Part shown: positions 37,575-47,164 of the stretch, piece by piece
How positions within the stretch are numbered: position 1 is the stretch's first letter
How the letters are laid out: the number at the start of each line of letters is the position of its first letter
Assembly (NCBI GenBank): GCA_002269645.1
Contig: NIVC01000899.1
Coordinates: 1-64,000, forward strand
Direction: 5' to 3'
Source: Macrostomum lignano
Lineage: Eukaryota
DNA length: 64,000 bases
Program-made: the position numbers and the translations under genes
Notes under the pieces: model-generated
Databases searched by the model: none
Seen by the model: the letters and a program-made list of their open reading frames with translations, nothing else
What the model was told of the DNA's origin: nothing

Positions 37575-37780
37575 GAGGGCGGAACTGGCGGTGAGGATGA
37601 AGGCGGAACTGGCGGTGAGGATGAAGGCGGAACCGGCGGTGAGGATGAAGGCGGAACCGGTGGTGAGGATGAAGGCGGAACCGGCGGTGAGGATGAAGGC
37701 GGAACTGGCAGTGAGGATGAAGGCGGAACTGGCAGTGAGGATGAAGGCGGAACCGGAGGTGAGGATGAAGGCGGAACTGC
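37575..37780. repeat. 24-bp tandem repeat (GGCGGAACTGGCGGTGAGGATGAA), about 9 copies, immediately upstream of the GPCR ATG
   Basis: Tandem units; open in the receptor frame as (ASSAFILT)n. Confidence 0.95.
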
Positions 37781-38099
37781 CAGCACTGAGGGAAGCAGGT
37801 GCTCAGGAAGTAACTAGATTTATAACGTCCCAGAAACACAGAATGCATAAATATTGAGTATTTTATTTCACTTTCGACTCACCTTTCTCTGGTATCGGTT
37901 TTCCGTGCTACCTGGAAAATTTGAAAGCTATTTTTCAAAAAGTGCCGCACAATGCCAGTCCTCCAGTTCTTGACTACTGCGGTAGATAGCAGTTCGCATC
38001 GAGTGCTCTATTGGCCCTCGGTGGCCAAAACGAATCAGAACTTGCAAGCAACTGCTTGGGGGGGGCACTCCCCCCAGGTGGGGGGGGCAACTGCTTGGG

Positions 38100-39020
38100 T
38101 GTCAAAATCCCTGACACTCAAGCTGGAATACCTGACACTCAAGCTGGAATCCCTGACACTCAAACTGGAATCTCTGACACTCAAAATCGAACCCCCGACA
38201 CTAAAACTGGAATCTCTGACACTCTAATTGAAATCCTGACACCCTAATTGAAATCCTGACACCCTATTTGAAATTCTGACACTCGAATTGGAGCCACTGA
38301 CACTCAAATGGAGTCCCTGACACTGAAAATTTAATCCTGACACTCAACCTGGAAGCCTGACACTCAAGCTGGAATCCCTGACACTCAAACTGGAATCTCT
38401 GACACTCAAAATCGAACCCCCGACACTAAAACTGGAATCTCTGACACTCTAATTGAAATCCTGACACCCTAATTGAAATCCTGACACCCTATTTGAAATT
38501 CTGACACTCGAATTGGAGCCTCTGACACTCAAATGGAGTCCCTGACACTGAAAATTTAATCCTGACACTCAACCTGGAAGCCTGACACTCAAGCTGGAAT
38601 CCCTGACACTCAAGCTGGAATCCCTGACACTCAAGCTGGAATCCCTGACACTCAAGCTGGAATCTCTGACACTCAAAATCGAACCCCTGACACTAAAACT
38701 GGAATCTCTGACACTCGATTTGAAATCCTGATACTTTATTAAAATCCTGACACTCTAATTAAATTCCTGACACTCTAATTGAATTCCTGACACTCTAATT
38801 AAATTCCTGACACTCTAATTGAATTCCTGACACTCTAATTGAATTCCTGACACTCTAATTGAAATCCTGACACCCTAATTAAAATCCTGACACCCTAATT
38901 GAAATCCTGACACCCTAATTGAAATCCTGACACTCGAATTGGAGCATCTGACACACAAATTGGAATCTCTGACACTCAAGCTGGAATCCCTGACACTTAA
39001 GCTAGAATCCCTGACTGTCC
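38100..39020. repeat. 20/21-bp minisatellite (CTGACACTCAAGCTGGAATCC variants) with 225-bp higher-order duplication
   Basis: Variant ACCCCCGACA at 38191 and 38416. Confidence 0.95.
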
Positions 39021-40587
39021 CGATTCCTTTGAGAAGATCGAATGCTTTAAATGACCTCATTATCCAGTTTTTTATCCTCAATAAAAACCAGTTCGATGCA
39101 AAGCATTCTTCTGAGGCGCCAACGAAATCTGAATTCATTGAATCGTCAGCGTGACGAACCCCCCCCCCCGAGATACACACGCGGTAAAAAATTTTATTGA
39201 AGTTTCCCCCGCTCCCCTTAATTTTAGCTTGGTCGAAGCGAAGCTTTTCATTTACTCGTAGTTCGACTTTTGACTCCATTTTTCACCGCGCGCTACCGAG
39301 CAGAGCTCAGCCATAAACTCTGGCAGCTTTTACCAACTTGAAAAGGCATTAAATTTGTCGTAAAGTTGAAACCGAAATATCGGATCCGCTCAGAGATTTC
39401 CTCCGGAAATGATCTCAGTAGAGAATATCCGAAAAAATAAAGATTCGCGAAGATCTCTCTTAGTCTCGGGTCACGATCAGTAGAGATGCTTCTGCAACAG
39501 AAAACTTTATGAAACGAAAAAGCCAAGAAGCAGTTCGATTCAATGTTGCTCAAAGGTCGATATGGTGTCAGAATTAATTTGAGCAGGAACCGAGTCTGAG
39601 CAGGCCTGAAACATTACCGGCATCCCGCCTGATTCATTAGACCAAATGGATGGGGCGGGAAGAAAAGGGAAGATGATGAATTCTGCTGTTTGTTTGAAGA
39701 GTTTCCCAAACCAAAGAGAATTGTTGAGGTCAGAATCCATTGAGAATTTCCTGTTCCCGAGGAGACGGCTGAACAAGCAACTGCTCATGCAACCCGGATC
39801 CCGTGCGCAGGTGATCCCATCTTCGAATTTAATCCCCACCTTGAGGCCACTGATTGATCCTTTGAGCTGCTAATGCACTCGCTATTGGAGTAGCCTTGAA
39901 GAGAAACAGGGGTCGTAGTATAAAGCTGTCGTAGCTTAAGTTCGATCGTACGTCGGAACTTTTACACGGCGGAGATAGGAGCTAAGAACGATCTTATCTT
40001 ACGATGGCTTTATAGAACGGGCCCACAGTCTTTTCTCGCAGCATCGAACGACAAGAGGTGAAATGCACCTCTTTGCTGTTTATTTGAGACATAGAAGAAT
40101 TCACAAACACTTCCATGTGAAATACGAGTAGTTCAATGAGTTTGAAGTGTGCTAGAGAATCCATGCAAAACATGTCTCCTGGTCTGGAGTATGGAGTAAA
40201 GTTTGGTGAAGTTCATTCAGTTCAAACTGTAAATTGAACTTAAACTTATATTTATAGACGGGGCAATGGCAAGTAATAAAAACGTGTAAATTGAAAATCT
40301 TTAGCAACTTGTACTTGTTAGTCCTAGTCCTAGCACTTGCTATGGCATTATCCGGTAGAGGACTGGTCGGAAACAAAATCTAAAAACTGAGATTCTCATG
40401 GATATCGTTGTCGCCATTTGCTCTGGTGTTCATGAGATTCTTGTTGATCCCCTTGCTAACAAGTGATGGTTGATGCTAACAAGTTGCAATGATCTTCACA
40501 ACCATGAGCATGCAAGTTTTATCAATTTTTCAGCAATATTCGATAGGCAGGGGTCACTCGGAAGTTTATTCACATTTGGCTGAGTCA

Positions 40588-43124
40588 TCACTCCACCAAT
40601 CCCCGGAGGAAGTCTTCGAACTCCATGGTCAGGCCCGTGCCGGAGTCGAATCTGCTGTTGCCGACGAACCGGAAGACACGGAAGGCGGCGCCGCTCTCGG
40701 CCGGGCAAAACTCGACGCGCCGGTTGCCGTTCAGCGCGCAGCGGAAAGTCTGCTTCAGGACCGAGTAGCTTCGCTTGTGACCGGAGGCGCCTGAGTTTGG
40801 TGAGCAGTAGGTTTGAGATATTATTCATTTATTGAGCTGCAGATTGTAATATTAAAGTGCTTACTATTATGGACATGGTCGTGCTTAAAAAACTGTATCA
40901 CATTAGGCTAAGGGCAGAGAAACTCAATGGCAAACGCATCTGACTCTCGCACCACGACCCCTGGTGGCCGCATTTATTTGAGCTTGAAAATTGACCAGGG
41001 GTTGTCGTGAGATTCACAGACATGAGAGCCAACCTTTTTTCTAAGTTAGACCTGTACACCCTGTGTGAGCGTGTATGAGTGCGGGCCTGTGTACAGCATT
41101 GGCGCGCTTGTATGTGCTCAGGAGCCAGCGCTGGTTGTGGGACGATGTCGCTGAAGGCGCTGCGCCAGAGTGCTCGCAGCCCTCCTGCAAACTCTTTCTG
41201 AAATCCTCTGTGAAAGAAATTCACTCTGTGACCTTTAATATGAATGCCGAAAAGTGAGATGCGAAACTCGCATTAGTTTAGCGACCGGTTTCTTAGTCGT
41301 TAATAATTGTTAGCCTGCATTAGTCACACTGAGCTGGAGGACTTGACCGTAGACACGGTTAAAGTGGCGTCGCTTTGCTTTCTCTTCTCGCTACTCGTTA
41401 GTAGGCGATGTCATAAAACTTTTGCAACAGCTGAAATTTCAAGTCACTCTATGCACTGGAATTTCCCTCACGGGCTCTCGTGTTGTTTAGACTGTTATAG
41501 TTCCGAAAGTACAGAAATCGGTGAAGATGCCACGGGTGCGTCACAACTTGACCTCAGAGATTTGAGATTTTTTTAATTCCAGGCTCTTCACAGGCGACGA
41601 AGGTTAGATCTCTAGGAAGGAAGGCTTTCAGCACGATTTGAGCTCCCATCAACCAGGTCAGTAAGTAACGGACAGGCTGATTCAATGAGAAAGAGCAGCT
41701 GGGTGTTAATAGTTCATGCCAAGCATAGAACCCGAGACAGTTACTACTTCCCAGGCTGAAACCAGGACGGGCCTTTGGGCTGTGCCCGCCCCTAGCCAGC
41801 AAAAGAGGAGCTCGCAATGGCGGCTTCTGCGATCTTCGAGGAGTTCACTCTCGAAGAATCGCTCAGGGTTTGATTCCACGCGAGATTTCATTGATTTAAG
41901 GTTTGTTCGTGTATGCAACTTAACATGGGGCTTTTCGTGTCGTTCGATTGATCCCACTGAAACCCGACCCCCAAGACACTGACCCTGTAAATTACGATTG
42001 GGCGATGAGGCCAGAGATGCTGTAGCCTGCTGTGAGTTCTGGCTATGGGAACTGTCACCTTACTCAGTACCCTAGGAAACTAAACCTGATTGCTAGTAAA
42101 ACTGTTGCTAGTAAAAAAGCGGATGCAAATTCTCTGATGATTGTTTCTACCTGCCTGTCGGCATGGGGTGAGATAAGAGCCTAAGAACAGATAACTAATA
42201 TAAATTCTTTTTGAGTTTAGTGTAACAAATTCAGCACCAATCGATTTCAGTACCAATGGGAAGATGTTCCCTAATTCAAGAACCGCCCAAAGTTACCGTT
42301 GCCGCCATGACTTTCGCGTTCTATGGAAGCATATTAGGAGGCTCAACTTCGCTTAAAAGGTGTTAGCAAAAAAAATTATAGAAAAATAGTAGATCGACCC
42401 ATTTAGTCAAACACACATCAGGTTTTTATGCATATTGAAAGTCTTGAAGGGGTATTGACAATTTATTAGTAGAAAAACAGAAGCATTTTCAAGCCTTCCA
42501 ATATTTTTCCATCGAACGCGAGTGTTACGTCCAGATAAACGGTAGCTTTTAGTGGTCCTTGTTCCCGTGTTAGGGGGTTGTAGCCTAGTGGTCAGAGCGT
42601 CGGACTTGCGACTTGAAGGTCGGGGGTTCGATTCCCGATCCCACTGGAACAATTTGTGTCCTTGAGCAAGACACTTAATTCTGCATTGCTTCAGTTCACC
42701 CAGCTGTTAAATGGGTGCCAGCATTAGCTGGGGTAATTAAGGGTCTGTGTGGCGACCCACCCCCCCCCCCAGTCCTTGGACTGAACAGCCGTACGCAGCC
42801 TTCAGATGTGCCGCGCAATAGCTGCGGCTGAGCTGTCGGTTGCACATGTGGCCATTAGGGCAGGTGTAATCAGTTATTATTGTTTATTATTATTCCCGAG
42901 TTAAACCCGCTAAACGGCCAGTCAGACTCACAAGCGCCTCTGTACCGAGCCCAGGCAGCAAAGATGCTCTGACGGGCGGCCTCTTCGCTGTTGAAGGCCT
43001 TCAACTTGCCGTGCGGCCAGTCGACTCGGAACTGGCCCTCCTGCTGGTTGAACCATCGCAGATCGGCGAAATCGCCGCTGTGCAGCCGGTCCAGCAGCCA
43101 GGCGTCGATCGGGTCTTTTGGCAT
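40588..43124 (-). CDS. IRF: Interferon regulatory factor IRF-B, about 131 aa, DNA-binding domain only
   Basis: Exons 43124-42932 (MPKDPIDAWLLDRLHSGDFADLRWFNQQEGQFRVDWPHG..IFAAWARYRG) and 40790-40588 (SYSVLKQTFRCALNGNRRVEFCPAESGAAFRVFRF...GLVE*); phase 1 intron consistent; Trp repeat, WxH and K..FRCALN recognition helix of the IRF fold. An in-frame ATG at 43181 is an alternative start. Confidence 0.85.
40910..41190 (+). mobile_element. Diverged SINE related to family A in IRF-B intron
   Basis: Core CTGTACACCCTGTGTGAGCGTGTATGAGTGCGGGCCTGTGTACAGCATTGGCGCGCTTGTATGTGCTCAGG from 41051; weak tRNA-like head upstream. Confidence 0.6.
42573..42892 (+). mobile_element. tRNA-derived SINE family B with CORE-like central domain
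   Basis: tRNA-like head with A box (TAGCCTAGTGG) and B box (GGTTCGATTCC); central GTGTCCTTGAGCAAGACACTTAA..CAGTT..CAGCTGTTAAATGGG; (TTA)n-like tail; 11-bp TSD TTCCCGTGTTA (42562-42572) / TTCCCGAGTTA (42893-42903). Confidence 0.88.
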
Positions 43125-44369
43125 ATCGGCGTGCGAGTTAAGGCTGAATCTAATAGGAGACTCCGGGAGCAATGAAGACATCAATTATAATATATTGAGC
43201 TAGGCTTGCAAATCCCCCGTTAGTCCATGGCGTTTCCTTGTAAAATGAGACAGACGGACAGAAGAGAAGACAGTATATAAATATTCTATCGTTTGTGCGT
43301 ACTTTGGCATTGCTGCCAAGACATCATGGGGCTATTTTTAGGCTATCCACAGCTATTTGCAGAATTAACTGTCGCTTTGAATTTATACACCTCCTCTTGT
43401 GCACACCTGGCGAGACAAAAAATGCACCTCTGCTCTTCTGGAATTTCCAGGTTGAAGAAATTCATAATCATCATCACGCTAAATTTAGACTCGAATGTCA
43501 CGAAATTAGAAATACATATTCGGCACAAAATCACGGAGTCTAACGACCGAAAGACATTTTCAATCGTATGTCGAGAAAACGTCATAGTAGAGCCGATACA
43601 GTCGTAGTCCTTGCCATCAGCTCCTGCGCCGCAGGAGTTTCTCGTCACTAGCGTCATTGGCCGGTACATCTTTTTTATTTACAATTCAACAGGGATTCAC
43701 AGACTAAATCACCCTTAAATGAGTGCCCGGGCGCGTGGTAATCAAAGGGCGCCACTGGATCCTCCGTTGGGCCGTAGATCAAGACCCAACATCTCTCAAT
43801 CTGGGCGAAATTTTCTACCGGCAGGCAGTCCAAAGGCGCTGTCCCTCAACCCTCTAATCAGCTCCGGAAGCTTCTAATAAGCCTTTCGCAAAGAGACATC
43901 CCGGCTGCTATCATGGCTCTCTCCGGTCACGGCTGATTTTCCAGGCACCAGTACTTTCAGGGAAATACCACTAATGCAAACTGTAGTTTTTGCAACTCAG
44001 CTCAAACAGTGTAAGACATTTCGCAGATAATCCCAAGAAGCGGCACCTAAAGTTCACATCTACAAAATTAGTTCCAGTAAGACTGCAGGAAGGTAGGTAT
44101 ATCCCTACATTACATAGCCCTTGGCAATCCTTTCCTTTTCTTCATCTTTGGTGCACACGCACTCTTCAAAGGGCTAAAGAGTTCACTCCAACAAAGAAGC
44201 CTCATGATCATTTTGCGCTGAAAGAAAATACCACCTAAGTGACTGAGTATACGATCGTATATTTTAAGCGGAATAATTTTACAAAATTATATTTGTTTAA
44301 AGTAGTAGTTATTCGTTTGAAAAATATTTATTATATCATAAATATTATAAATTATTATATCTAATATCA

Positions 44370-45670
44370 TCTTACCGGAGATGGTGTGGAAAAGGCATCT
44401 TATCGAAGATAGTGTAGAAAAGGCATCTTATCAGAGATGGTGTAGAAAAGGCATCTTATCAGAGATGGTGTGGAAAAGGCATCTTATCAGAGATGGTGTG
44501 GAAAAGGCATCTTATCGGAGATGGTGTAGAAAGGCATCTTATCAGAGATGGTGTGGAAAAGGCATCTTATCAGAGTTGGTGTGGAAAAGGCATCTTATCG
44601 GAGATAGTGTAGAAAGGCATCTTATCGGAGATGGTGTAGAAAGGCATCTTATCGGAGATGGTGTGGAAAAGGCTTCTTATCAGAGATGGTGTGGAAAAGG
44701 CATCTTATCAGAGATGGTGCGGAAAAGGCATCTTATCGGAGATAGTGTAGAAAGGCATCTTATCGGAGATGGTGTAGAAAGGCATCTTATCGGAGATGGT
44801 GTGGAAAAGGCATCTTATCGGAGATGGTGTGGAAAAGGCATCTTATCGGAGATAGTGTAGAAAGGCATCTTATCGGAGATGGTGTGGAAAAGGCATCTTA
44901 TCAGAGTTGGTGTGGAAAAGGCATCTTATCGGAGATAGTGTAGAAAGGCATCTTATCGGAGATGGTGTAGAAAGGCATCTTATCGGAGATGGTGTGGAAA
45001 AGGCTTCTTATCAGAGATGGTGTGGAAAAGGCATCTTATCAGAGATGGTGCGGAAAAGGCATCTTATCGGAGATAGTGTAGAAAGGCATCTTATCGGAGA
45101 TGGTGTAGAAAGGCATCTTATCGGAGATGGTGTGGAAAAGGCATCTTATCGGAGATGGTGTGGAAAAGGCATCTTATCGGAGATAGTGTAGAAAGGCATC
45201 TTATCGGAGATGGTGTGGAAAAGGCATCTTATCAGAGATGGTGTGGAAAAGGCATCTTATCGGAGATGGTGTGGAAAAGGCATCTTATCGGAGATAGTGT
45301 AGAAAGGCATCTTATCGGAGATGGTGTAGAAAGGCATCTTATCGGAGATGGTGTAGAAAGGCATCTTATCGAAGATGGTGTAGAAAGGCATCTTATCGGA
45401 GATGGTGTGGAAAAGGCATCTTATCGGAGATGGTTTGGAAAAAGCATCTTATCGGAGATGGTGTGGAAAGGCATCTTATCGGAGATGGTGTGGAAAAGGC
45501 ATCTTATCGGAGATGGTGTGGAAAAGGCATCTTATCAGAGATGGTGTGGAAAAGGCATCTTATCGGAGATGGTGTGGAAAAGGCATCTTATCGGAGATGG
45601 TTTGGAAAAAGCATCTTATCGGAGATGGTGTGGAAAAGGCATCTTATCGGAGATGGTGTGGAAAAAGCAT
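44370..45670. repeat. 27/28-bp minisatellite (GGCATCTTATCGGAGATGGTGTGGAAAA) with 331-bp higher-order duplication, between the two IRF genes
   Basis: About 1.3 kb of tandem units; variant CAGAGTTGG at 44571 and 44902. Confidence 0.95.
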
Positions 45671-45960
45671 CATAGTTTTCAAATTGGCCCTTCCTAAAGT
45701 TCGGAAGAGAAGAAAAATGTGAAACCATCCACATGTTGACGTTTTCGGTCAAAATAATATTTTCTCTCCTGATATCTTGAAATTTAGCTGAAAGAATTGA
45801 CTTGCTTTCAAACAAAGCAATTTCATTACAGAATATGGCAGATTCAAAGAAAAAATAACATGTTTCAAGTGTCAAAACGAGTCTAATTCTCATACCGGGG
45901 TAGTTTCCAGTTATGTAGGCTAAAAAATTCTGGAAAAGCGAATGCAGACGTCACCGATTC

Positions 45961-47164
45961 TTATTTCGAGTTTCTCTGCTCAAGAATGTCGGACAGGAGA
46001 TCATTCGCCACAACAGGTTCGGTTTGCTGCAACGGCTCCAGCCAGTCCTTGCAGCTGGACACAATGTCATTGTACTCGGGGCCGCTCAGCAACGATTCCG
46101 GACAGTTGCTGTCCAACTGCGGGTCGTCCGGATTGCCTGTTGCAGACGCCTGGTCCAGGGCGCTGGTGCTGAGCGCGACGTCGTCTCTGCCTGAAGAGTC
46201 TCCTCTGGCGCTGAAGGAGGGTGCGGTGCTCAAGTCGGGAGCGCTCGAGTGCACGGGAGCTCGCAGGCGGTAGACTCGGCAGGCCGAACTGCCCGAGTGG
46301 AGCTGCGAGCAGGCAAGTAGTCAATGCTTTTGTTGCCAGTCAGGGCGCATCTGAGTTTCTGCTTCAGCACCGTGTAGTCTGTAGTTGATTCGCCTTAGGT
46401 TTTTTAAAAGAAGTTCAAGAATTAAGAATTTTTAAACTAAATATTAGTTATACGATGTGGACAAGTATCTAGCGATTAGATTTTTTATCACAGAATTTCA
46501 CTATCAATTTTGAGTTCAATTTCTAAATGCTATCATTGGTAGTGACATAGTTCGTAAAATAGGGTTTATTTTGTTTAACCTGCCTGCAAATGAACTAGTC
46601 TGTAGTATTGTGCTTAATCCATTTGTGGCTTGGGTTGTGTTCGGGGTCGAAAGGAGTGAAACCAAATCGCAAATATTAATTTTTTTAAAGTGAGATTCCC
46701 AGAACGAGATTATCATGTGAGATATTAAGTATCTAATGGTACGAGTAATCACGGGCTATCTTTTCCTGAGATACTCTTTCTTAGGGTGAAGATCTTAAGG
46801 CGATGCTTGCATTCTCAGGTCGAGGTTCTTAGGGCGAAGTTCTCAGGGCGAGATTCTAAAGGGCGAGGCTTTGATTCTACTACGTGTCTAAAGAAGACCT
46901 ATTAAAATTTTGGAGAAGAGCGAGAACATGCCCTCCGTCATACTTACCCCTGTGCCGCGCGTACGCCAGGAAGACATTATTCTCCCTGCGCGCCAAATCC
47001 CAGTGCGCCGCCGACATGTGCGGCCAGTCAATCCGGAAGACGCCCTCCGACTCGTCGACCCAGCGCAGGTCGGCGAGGTCGCCCATGTGCAGGTGCTGCT
47101 GAATCCACCTGTCGATGGTGCAGCCGGACTTCTCAGTTGCTGCTGTTGTTTTTGCTGAGTCCAT
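45961..47164 (-). CDS. IRF: Interferon regulatory factor IRF-A, about 216 aa (DBD plus Ser-rich/acidic tail), one frameshift
   Basis: Exons 47164-46948 (IDRWIQQHLHMGDLADLRWVDESEGVFRIDWPHMSAAHW..FLAYARHRG) and 46393-45961 (YTVLKQKLRCALTGNKSIDYLPA..CRVYRL..); same intron position and phase as IRF-B; one base missing around 46280-46310. Confidence 0.82.

Noticed and set aside
37866-37875. Perfect ISRE core GAAAGTGAAA (minus strand) near the GPCR 5' end, close to the IRF genes
   Set aside because: A single 10-mer in AT-rich intron sequence with no supporting cluster; not distinguishable from chance.
39293-39873. Coding-like ORFs with no recognisable product (also 3362-3640, 41706-41957, 43343-43669)
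   Set aside because: No family motifs and no consistent splice structure; possibly decayed transposon or pseudogene sequence, unresolvable without TBLASTX.
42573-42643. tRNA gene (GCG anticodon-like loop); similar heads at 7481 and 19121
   Set aside because: Anticodon and acceptor stems pair poorly, and the sequence runs into a SINE body with tail and TSD.
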